A stretch of DNA of 35,793 nucleotides from Caecitellus pseudoparvulus (taxonomy: Eukaryota; Protista; Bigyra: Bicosoecida): contig CBFFRQ010000163.1 in assembly GCA_965644315.1 (NCBI GenBank), forward strand, positions 1 to 35,793, given 5' to 3'. The position numbers and the translations under genes are program-made. How positions within the stretch are numbered: the first letter of the stretch is position 1; each line of letters begins with the position of its first letter. The notes beneath the pieces are model-generated. The model saw nothing but the letters and a program-made list of their open reading frames with translations. It did no database searches and was not told where the DNA came from. Below, piece by piece: positions 1 through 9,569 of the stretch.

Positions 1-874
1 TAACCCTAACCCTAACCCTAACTTAGCTCATGGAATTTGGGTTCAATTTGCTAAATCAATTTAACCCTAACCCTAACCCTAACCCTAACCCTAACCCTAA
101 CCCTAACCCTAACCCTAACCCTAACCCTAACCCTAACCCTAACCCTAACCCTAACCCTAACCCTAACCCTAACCCTAACCCTAACCCTAACCCTAACCCT
201 AACCCTAACCCTAACCCTAACCCTAACCCTAACCCTAACCCTAACCCTAACCCTAACCCTAACCCTAACCCTAACCCTAACCCTAACCCTAACCCTAACC
301 CTAACCCTAACCCTAACCCTAACCCTAACCCTAACCCTAACCCTAACCCTAACCCTAACCCTAACCCTAACCCTAACCCTAACCCTAACCCTAACCCTAA
401 CCCTAACCCTAACCCTAACCCTAACCCTAACCCTAACCCTAACCCTAACCCTAACCCTAACCCTAACCCTAACCCTAACCCTAACCCTAACCCTAACCCT
501 AACCCTAACCCTAACCCTAACCCTAACCCTAACCCTAACCCTAACCCTAACCCTAACCCTAACCCTAACCCTAACCCTAACCCTAACCCTAACCCTAACC
601 CTAACCCTAACCCTAACCCTAACCCTAACCCTAACCCTAACCCTAACCCTAACCCTAACCCTAACCCTAACCCTAACCCTAACCCTAACCCTAACCCTAA
701 CCCTAACCCTAACCCTAACCCTAACCCTAACCCTAACCCTAACCCTAACCCTAACCCTAACCCTAACCCTAACCCTAACCCTAACCCTAACCCTAACCCT
801 AACCCTAACCCTAACCCTAACCCTAACCCTAACCCTAACCCTAACCCTAACCCTAACCCTAACCCTAACCCTAA
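1..874 (+). repeat. Terminal telomeric array (CCCTAA)n / (TTAGGG)n, ~135 repeats in 62-874, interrupted at 23-61
   Basis: Perfect TAACCC tandem from the window start, C-rich strand on +, as expected for a left chromosome end. Confidence 0.98.
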
Positions 875-1320
875 GGCAGCAAGATCTGTGAGGCCGCCCC
901 CAAACCTGAGCCGAAGGGACAGCCGGGCTGGGTCGTGTGCTTGCATCTCAGCAACACCCAGTCCGTGTCGAGTCCATATCCTCCAGCCCACACCGCCACC
1001 CAAGCCAAGCAAGTCGGGTCTCCACCCCTGGACATCGGACCGAGACGGACGAGACTGGACTGGACGGACAAGACAAGAGTGGACCGAGACCTGGACCTAC
1101 ACCTCAAGACCATCCCACCGGGGCGGGCGCTGAAGCGCCAAGACAGACGGCGACTTATACAACGGACACGAGTCTGTGCTAGTCGCAAAGCCGTGCAAGC
1201 GGTGCCGTCGTGGTGTCTGTGTCACTGCATTCTGTTGTGGCGCAGGTGGCACCACATGTCCAAGCCCAAGCTGTACCATGATGTAGCCTGCATGGAGGCA
1301 ATCTGCAATGCATTGAGTAG
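875..1320 (+). mobile_element. 5'-truncated (or non-autonomous) telomere-targeted retroelement unit, family B
   Basis: Bounded by telomeric repeats on both sides. Its last ~180 nt are homologous to the 3' end of the long element (ATACAACGGAC, GGCACCAC, GCCCAAGCTGTACC, TGCAATGCATTGAGT). 1193-1320 is identical to 9216-9343. Confidence 0.85.
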
Positions 1321-1342
1321 CTAACCCTAACCCTAACCCTAA
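1321..1342 (+). repeat. Short interstitial telomeric tract (22 nt)
   Basis: CTAACCCTAACCCTAACCCTAA between two element ends. Confidence 0.95.
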
Positions 1343-1376
1343 AGGAGTGAAGGCGACATGCAATGCATTGAATGAA
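1343..1376 (+). mobile_element. 34-nt 3'-terminal remnant of a related element (family C)
   Basis: Ends TGCAATGCATTG-AATGAA|CTAACCC, the same terminal motif and junction phase as the other units. Followed by telomeric tract 1377-1394. Confidence 0.75.
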
Positions 1377-1394
1377 CTAACCCTAACCCTAACC

Positions 1395-1435
1395 GAAACT
1401 TTCCAAATGTCAACCTAATCATAGGTTGTGCATTG
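1395..1435 (+). mobile_element. Probable further 3'-terminal remnant (or terminal repeat at the 5' end of the long element)
   Basis: AATGT-[CAACCTA atca TAGGTTG hairpin]-TGCATTG|CTAACC, the same architecture as the other termini. Confidence 0.5.
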
Positions 1436-1441
1436 CTAACC

Positions 1442-4400
1442 TTGCCTAATCCAGGCGCTCGTGCACCCCAGTGTGGTGCTGCACAGTGTTTGGGTTGGTG
1501 GTGCGGCGCGCGGGTGGTAGCTGTGCGAATTCCGCACGCCATCACACCAGCGCAAGCAGTGTGCACTCCACGCGAGAGCCTGCACCTGTGGATGCCTGCA
1601 TCACGTTCCATCATCATCATGGAAGCCAAGACAAGCCAAGTGTTGGGTGCGCTCTTCGTGGATAAGTGCATTGCTGCGCGAGCAATGCGTGGGCCACGAA
1701 CAGGCGGATTTACTGACATGCCGCGCCGAGGCGCTGCACGGACGTTCCAGCTAGGCGGAGTGCCGATCGACGAAGATCCTTCAACATCTTCATCAACCAT
1801 TCGTGATTCTTGGCTTGAAGCCTACGGTGAGGCGGCGGAAGCCCAGTTTCCTGGCATCTGCGCGGAAGTTGGGCGTGGTGCACTGGCGTTGCGCCGTCCA
1901 CAAGGTGCCCCTGCTGCTCTGCTTGTCTCGCTTGGTGGAAGTAGCGACAGCGCAGAACTGGCACGGAGCATGCGTGAAGCAGCAGCACGTGAGGACGATT
2001 TCACTGTGCGCCTTGGAAGGGGTGGCTTCTTGGCTGTGGTGTTTCCAAACACACGCCAGTTTGCCGCTGCCAAGGCCAAGGTCCAAGCCAAAGCGCCAAC
2101 CCCTGTGCTCAACGCTGCCCGGGAAGTAATGCCGCTAGCTACCAGCCTTGCAGTCAACACGGGAGATGTGTCGTCCATCGTAACTCTCGTGAAGTGTCAC
2201 TTGCGTCAAGCCTCTCCAGCTGCGCACCAAGATCGCCAACACGTCCGACAATCCGTCCCCAAGAAGGGAGATGCAGCTGTCGACAAGGCACCCATTCGAC
2301 ACAACATCAAGACATCCGTACAAACCCAACAGGCTCCAGGTAAACGCAAGAAGATCAGGCGTGGTCAGCGCTCCAAAGCAAGCACGGCATCTACACATTC
2401 CAAAGTTGTACCAGGGCGAACCTTTGCCGACCTGTTCAAAACGCCTCCATCAGAAACGACTGCCCGGGAGAAACACCAACACGTGGTGCCATCAAGTCCT
2501 TCTGCAAGAATGCCGAAGCTGCAAACGGAGGCGGTGGTGCTTCCATCATCACGAGTGCGAACTGGGCAACAAACGCGCTGGGACAAGCCACCAACCCTTG
2601 ACCAAGATTCGAAGATGCAGGCACCCGTATCGGAGGACAGTATGCCCGCATCTCAGACTACTACCTCCACAGCAACAACACTCATCCTGACGCCACCTGC
2701 GTCAACCCCTGAGCCGATGTCAGAATCAGACACCTCTCTCAGCCTGTCCGTACCTGAAGCTGCACCTCAGCATATTGTGAAGGTTGTGAGGATGAAGGAC
2801 TGCCCCCGAGTCCCTGGATCACTCCCCACCCACGACATTCCAGCATCGTCACCGCTCGCGCGCCTGCTTGCTTCAGCGAGTGTGTACGGGAACAGAGACC
2901 AACGGCATTGCGTACAAGCCTGCTTGGAAACAGCGGCAGGGGAGAAGATCTTCGAGACTGAAGACCTCGTGGCTCTCCAGCATGCAGCTACCGTCGAGGC
3001 AGGACAGCGAGCCTACCGGAACCTGCGTCGTAGAGCTGCTGCAAACACATCGGACTCCTCCAGTTCTGATGTTCAGTGCACGATGCCAGCAGGCGGTGTC
3101 ATGTCAGACTGCGCACAGGATCAACTGGAAGCTCTTGCTCGCCTGCTGTTTCGCTTCACACCAGAGGACTCCCTTCTGCAGGCACAAGCACCGCCTGTCC
3201 TTCTTCCCGGTTTGCACATGCTTCTCAACCGCATGAACAGTGGGCACCGTGCCCTTCTTGGTGGGAGTAAACTCCATGGGGGCATCTGCCCTCAGGCAGT
3301 GATGTACGAGGAAGGACAAGACAAGTATTTCGAAGGTGTCCACTTTGCTTTTGCTCTGCATCGTCTCCAACACACTGACACTGCTCACCTTACGCTGGTT
3401 CTGGTCGATCATGATCGAGGAGTGTTGGTTGTATGGAACCCAGACATTCCAGATGCAAGTGTTGAAGTGCCCTTCCACAACTGCATGGAACGTCTGCACG
3501 CCGATGCTGTAGAGATGGTCTACCGAGTATCATCGACCCCCATGGTGGGCTCTCCAAGCCCCTTGAAAGAGAGACTACGCAATGTGATGCAGTCGCTGAA
3601 GCAAGACTTCCCCCCTCTCCCCTTTGCTGCGGAAGACGGGGAACTCCACCTCAAAACGTACATCGCTGGACAGTTCACCCGTGTTGCCCTCCCAACTGGA
3701 CGCCTGACTAGACAGCAGGCTTCTGCTCTGGCAGACGCAAAAGAACATGACCCACTACTGAAGCTAATCCCGCAAGACACAGATGCAATGCCTCCACGCT
3801 GGGAGCAAGGCCCGTGTACCCCAGTGGGAAAGTCAGGCACAACTTCCATCTCCATGGTGTCTTGGAATGTTGCAAGCTCCTGTGGGAACCACCTTCACGA
3901 AGTCATAGTCTGTGCGAAGTCGGCCTCGTCTCGATCTTCAAGGATGGTGCTCTGCCTTACGGAGCCAGGCGGACATGGGACTTTGGACACGGAGATCATG
4001 GGACTGCAATGCTTCAGACCAAGTCCACCTGACCGTCCACCAGGACGAAGTGAGGTCGCCTTGCTCATCGACAGAAGACTGCGGGCTCAACGGATGGGGG
4101 ACCTTGGCCTTGATGGCCGCTGTGTTGTTGCTTGCACCATTCCCACAACGCCAAAGCCTCTTGCAATCATCGCGGCATATGTGCCAAACTGGCACACAGC
4201 GCAGCGAAAGAAGCCGTTAGCAGACCCAGATACAAAGCTACCTCACAGGCAGCAGATTTGGGAACAGCTCACAAATGCTGTTCAACATCTGAGGACAACC
4301 CACATGATCACACTCATGGGTGATCTGAACTGCCACCCAGGTCAACACGGGGTAGCTTCGTGGGACACGTCATGCTGGCGCAACCAATCCGGTATCCCCG

Positions 4401-7400
4401 ACCCGACGGACGACGTTCAGGAACTGGCGACTGTGTGTGAACAGGCACAACTTCAGCCTGCTGGGGTTGGGGGACAGCCTACCCAAGCTACCTTTCAGAG
4501 AGTCTTGGATCACATCCTCGTATGTCCCTCGCTGCGGTCCCGGTTGGTAAAGCCCCTTGCTGTTGTCACAACATATTCAAGCGCCAGGAAGAAGAACCAC
4601 CGAAAGATGATCCTCAGTGACCACCACATGCTCACTGCCGGCGTTGCAGTCAAGCTGCCCCCCCGACCCAAAGCCTCCAGACAACATCCATCAACCCACT
4701 CTGTCCCCCCGTGGTGGGCATCGTCCACACGTGAGGGACTCAAGGCGCAGTACATGCACAGACGCCATCTTGATGCATCTCTTGGGCCAACCGACCTGCA
4801 TGTCCCTGGTACTGGAGATGAGGCAGAAGCACTCCAAAGCTTGGACGCCCTCATTGCTACCAGTGCTCGAACCACGCATGCCCAGTGCAAGTCCACATCA
4901 CCTCAAATGATTCAGGCATTTGCTGACATACCACGACTCAGCTCCCTGAAGAAGCGCATGACAGCCAAAACGAGGTCCATCCAGAAGCGACTTGTAAAGC
5001 TCCGTCGGCGCAAGCATCTGCTGCGGCACTCCTCACTGCCTAGCTCGATCGAGGCTCTGCGCAAGGAGGAGGAGCGGGAACACATGCTGCTTGAAGACCT
5101 GCATGCGACGAGGACTGAAAGGAGGCAAGCAATGCGCAGGTGCACCAGACTCGTGGCAAAGAAGCATAAAGCCGCGAAGTTCCAGGTTCAGCACCGCATC
5201 AGGGAGCTTACACTGGCCGACCCATTCACTGCGCACCAACACATCCGAAAGTTGGCTGGGAAGAAGCGGAAAGGCACAGTGTCCTGCATCCAGTCAGTAC
5301 TCGACAGCAACGGAACACTCATCACGGAACCTGCTCTCGTTCGGTCCACAGTGCGGGACCACATGTCCCAAATCATCAGCTCCCCCTCTAGAGCTTGCCC
5401 CACTGAAGTTCGGTTTGGCCCGGCTGCTGCCGTCTGCACAAGATGCCACCGCCTCTCATGATGCTTGGGTCCCAAGTGTGGACCTCATCATGAGAAAGAT
5501 CCAGTCACTCAACCTACACCGCAACCCTGGCACTGGAAGCTTCCAAGCTGAACATCTGAAGTACGCCAGTGAAGCCTTCAGGAAGAAGTATGCTGTTACC
5601 CTCCGCCAAGCCATCAGCACTGGCTCCTGCCCTGAGGAGTACCACTGTGGCGTCGGGACTCTCATCCCAAAGGCCGCTAGCCAACCCGGACGAGTACAGA
5701 CATACCGCCTCATTGTTTGTCGCCCACCTCAAGCCAAGCTGTTCTTCTCTGTGGTAGCAGCTTGTGTAGAAGACTGGGTCCAAAGGTGGATCTCTCCAGA
5801 ACAAGCTGGCTTTACTCATGCTCGAAACACGCATGAACAGATACTAGCACTACAAGAAACTTCTGCTGCGTATCTTCGAACAAAGCCGGACGCCAGTGTC
5901 CTCATACTCTTTGTTGACTTCAGAAGCGCCTTCGATACTGTCAGTCACGGTGCGATCATTGAGATCCTTGAGAGCGCAAATCTCCCGAGCGCCCTACTCG
6001 AATGTGTGAAAGACTACATGCGGCGAGCTTCTGTTGCCATCCACACGGGGCACGGCCTCTGCAACCCCCTACCGGTGACAAACGGTGTCCCACAGGGTGG
6101 AGCCCTGTCGCCTCTTCTGTTCAAAATTGCCATAGATGTCCTCTCTCACCGGCTCAGAGAACTACCAAAGCAGGGGGTGGCGGGTGCAGGAGTGCCCACA
6201 CCCCGAGGCCGAGTCACCCACACGCTGTATGCGGATGATCTGGCCTGCCTGGCTACCACACCAGCTGCCCTCCACCGAATGTTTCTCGAAGTCAAATCTG
6301 TGGGCAGTCGTGTTGGACTGACCATAAACCCCAACAAGTCAGGTGTCATGATCTTGACTGGAGCGCAACATGTCAGAGGCATATCAGCGACAGAGAGACG
6401 AAAGCTGGTCTGGAGATCCCGCTGGCTCAAGTCTGGGGAGATGTTGAAAGTAAAGGGGGCGCCCATCCAACGTACGAGTGTCTACTCGTACCTTGGTGCC
6501 CCACTTTCAGAAAACTTCAGCCGCACCAGGCTGCTTGCCTTGAAGCATGCAACACAATCTTGCACCCGGGCTGGCTTCGCCTGCGGTGCCCTCCTTAGTG
6601 GCGTCTGGCTTAGCCCAAGTCTCAAACAGCGGGTCGGTGCTGCAGCTGTCAACAGCGCCGCCGACTACATCCTTGCCTCTCAGGTCAGCAACTCCGTGCT
6701 ACCTCTTCGAGATCTTGACCGAGGACTGGCCATTGCCTTCTCTAAGGCCCAGCTTGGCATGCAGAGTTCACTAGCTCGGATGCACAACTATGCAAAGTTG
6801 GCTGTGTGTGGCATCCTGCCAGCACACATCCGAGCGACAAGATTACGCAGCAACATCTTCAAAAAGTTGCTGAAGAACTTGCACAGCCCCACGCCTATAG
6901 TCAAAGCCCTGTCATCCAGCCTTCATCAAGCCCTGCGCCAGCTTCCGCCCACCATGGACATGGCCTTTGTCTTTCAGGCCAATGTCCGCCTGGATAGGAA
7001 AGGACCGGGAGGAGTTCCAGACCCCTGGGCCCTGCACGGTCTCCTTGACCTTTGGCTACATGGTTGCCTCCCTGATCGCCGGGCACTTGAGGCAGCCTGC
7101 CAAGAGCCAGCCGCAGACTCATCACCCGAAGCACAGGGGATCGACATCCTTGCTCGGTTGGATCCCCCTCCAACCAAGGCCCAACTCCTTGGACTTGCTG
7201 CCCCGGAGCTGTCAGACCTCTCCCAACCCCCAACCTTCCCAGACAAGACCTCTTGGTCGATCAGACAACATGTAGTCGCCTCGTTCCTCCATGTTGCACA
7301 AGCGGTTCAATGCCAAGAAGTTGGCTACACCACCACTGGCGAGATGAAGCGCTCAAGGCGGCCTAAGGAGTTCCACGTTGGACTGGGGGCCTGTTTCTTC

Positions 7401-9186
7401 ACATGGCTCCACCCCATCCCCTCTTCTGTAAACCCACTCTTTTGGGTCCATGAAGATGACCAACAAAGCCGAGTCAAGATCCACCTCTGGCAAACGCTGC
7501 AGGTCTTCAATGGGGGAGACACCCCCACACTCTTCAGCGAATGTCCCTTGTGTCATGGAGTTTCATGGTGTACACTCCATGAACATGTCCTCTTTGACTG
7601 CCCTCATTACAAACTGCAACCATCGCGGACGAACGCAATGGTTGCAGTGCGGAATTTCCTAGAGCGGTCAAATGACGCGGTGAGGGGGGTGGCCAACGCC
7701 CAACACCTTGAAGTGCCCCCCCTCATCCTGGATGCTGTTGTCCGGGCTGCCGAAGGCCGCTCTGTGGGCCGACCGGGTCGCTTGATCCTTCTTCGCCTTC
7801 TACTGTGCGGCCAGTGGCCCCACCGGTGGGGCCAGCCATCCAACACAGCAGCTTTGGAGTCCTGAGGCGGCCGCAGTCCTGAGCAACCCTCATGTTGCTC
7901 TCCGCGGCCCCTCAGGTCCTCTCCGCCCTCCCAAGTACTGGAAACAAGCTCTGGCTGCCGCCACGAGCTTCTCTGTATCTGCGTGGGACGTGCTGGTAAC
8001 ATGCATGCTGGGACGTACCTCACAGGCTGATCGCCATGTCCAGGTACACGCCAGGTACCTGTGGTGGGCTGCCCATGGCCGCACGAGTCCACTTCCAGGC
8101 TTCTCCACCCCTGACCCAACCGCTGTGAGAAAGCATACGCGACATGTTCGCACGCGGCGCTTTGAACGGACTTACTTTCCTGTCAGGGCTGAGCGCAGGC
8201 CTCCTCGCTCCTTCACGAGGCAGGCCACTCTCCTTGATTTTGGTCTCGCACGGCCCGAAGCCCGTGATGACCCTCCATCACCCTCTTCCAACTCGGCCAT
8301 GTCCTCCGAGATGTCCTTGGAAAGTCCATCGTCTTCTGAATAGGCGGGGATCTGTGAGAGACAAAGCGCGGAAACAGGCAAGCTTACATGTGTATCGTGG
8401 TGAGAACCACGGTCGTGGTTGACTGCGAAGGCGAGGCTGCTACATGCGCTGTCCTTGATGCTTGGTTTTCTCTGTGAAAAGCAAGGTTATTGGAAAGTGA
8501 ATGTTGTCAGTATACGTACCTGTGTCTTTGAGGTCCACAGAAAGACCCACTGGCGGCTCTGCGATGTTGTGGGCGGAATTTGGGAGCGTGAACAGACGGG
8601 CGCCGTGTGCAACGCCGCACGGGGAACTTACAGGTCCGCCACGTCCTGATAGATGATGTGGCTGGAACACCTGTGAACAAGGGAGCAAGCTGGTGTGTTC
8701 TTGGTGGGCGGGGGGACGTTGTTCCGGCGGTGCGCGCTGCTACCACCGGCGTGGTGCAGTGCAGCACCGCCATGAAACGCCACCCCCCAAGGCGGCCACT
8801 GCGGCTCAGTTCAACGCGCAGTGGCCCCAGGCACACGTGCAGTGCCTGGCAGAGGCCAAGAGATCTGGGGGACTGATGAATTATGATGCGAAATGTGGAC
8901 TGGGACGAAGTAGGAGTGGGCCCGGCCCCCTCTGGCTCAGCCGACTGAGCCGAGAGGGCGCGGGAGGGACAGTTCAGCATGTATGGGCGGGCGCGGGCGC
9001 GCCCTAGCAAGCGGCGGCTCATACAACGGACGTATGTCCGTGATGGCTGCAGACCCACGAGAGTGGGAGCCGCTGTGGTGCCTACTGCAGTGCATTCGTG
9101 TGCTGTGGTACGCAAGGCACCACGAGTGATGCCCAAGCTGTACCGTGCAAGAGTGTGCGGAGGCAAGTTGCAATGCATTGAGTGAG
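1442..9186 (+). mobile_element. Near full-length telomere-inserted APE-type non-LTR retrotransposon (family A), 5' end toward the telomere, no poly(A)
   Basis: APE, RT and CCHC coding region, ~840-nt 3' UTR, 3' end joined directly to (CTAACC)n at 9187-9215. The 5' boundary is approximate (1395 or 1442). Confidence 0.92.
1592..8343 (+). CDS. Retrotransposon polyprotein (~2,250 aa after correcting two +1 shifts): RRM-like, putative Josephin-like protease, APE endonuclease, reverse transcriptase, CCHC zinc knuckle
   Basis: APE motifs SWNV, LCLTE, AAYVP, MGDLN, LDHIL, SDH (~3848-4650). RT motifs YRLI, EQAGF, FVDFRSAFD, GVPQGGALSPLLF, YADD (6228-6239), NPNKS, YLG. CPLC...HVLFDC at 7542-7601. Three ORF segments (to 5461; 5091-7865; to 8343) join by +1 shifts, plausibly at C-runs 5382-5386 and 7818-7821. 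Start ATG uncertain (1592, 1619, 1685 or 1718). Confidence 0.88.
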
Positions 9187-9190
9187 CTAA
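9010..9190 (+). ncRNA. Conserved structured cis-RNA at the retroelement 3' terminus (homolog at 1146-1324)
   Basis: Several helices are preserved between families A and B through compensatory changes and G-U pairs on the + strand, with GNRA and UUCG loops. Confidence 0.72.
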
Positions 9191-9215
9191 CCCTAACCCT
9201 AACCCTAACCCTAAC
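9187..9215 (+). repeat. Interstitial telomeric tract (29 nt)
   Basis: (CTAACC)4 + CTAAC directly after the element's 3' end. Confidence 0.95.
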
Positions 9216-9343
9216 GTGCAAGCGGTGCCGTCGTGGTGTCTGTGTCACTGCATTCTGTTGTGGCGCAGGTGGCACCACATGTCCAAGCCCAAGCTGTACC
9301 ATGATGTAGCCTGCATGGAGGCAATCTGCAATGCATTGAGTAG
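9216..9343 (+). mobile_element. 128-nt 3' fragment of the family B element
   Basis: Identical to 1193-1320. Followed by telomeric tract 9344-9356. Confidence 0.9.
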
Positions 9344-9356
9344 CTAACCCTAACCC

Positions 9357-9389
9357 AAGCTGTGCCGAGGTGAAATGCATTGTGAATTG
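9357..9389 (+). mobile_element. Minimal or diverged 3'-terminal module (family D), innermost unit
   Basis: (CCC)AAGCTGTG-CCGAGG-TGAAATGCATTG-TGAATTG|CTAACC retains both conserved boxes (CCCAAGCTGT and AATGCATTG) and the junction phase. Confidence 0.65.
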
Positions 9390-9569
9390 CTAACCTCAGA
9401 TTCTTCTCCCTTATCCTCAGTGGGGTCAAGTGCTGGAGGAGGCGTTACGGGCTTATCCTTGCGTCCGTGCGGGTAAGTCACGCGTCGTGAGCGGGTTGGC
9501 ATGGTTGGCTCAATTTCCGCAAGTGATGGGGTTGAGCAAGGGATGTTGAAGCACGGCAGTGCCAATGAT

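Noticed and set aside
30-1133. ORFs encoding (NP)n on + and (LG)n on -
   Set aside because: These are translations of the telomeric hexamer, which has stop-free frames.
7600-8343. Second (RLE) endonuclease, as in Dualen
   Set aside because: No RH(N/D) or PD..D..K arrangement after the CCHC. The lone PD (STPDP) lacks the following motif.
8873-8893. CTGATGA...GAAA, resembling a hammerhead ribozyme core in the 3' UTR
   Set aside because: Stem II does not pair (A...C closing), and no stem III with a correctly placed UH cleavage site could be built.
1193-9343. 128-bp direct repeats flanking the long element as LTRs or a TSD
   Set aside because: They are separated from the element by telomeric tracts and other remnants, and are themselves 3' ends of a sister family. 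The RT is non-LTR type.
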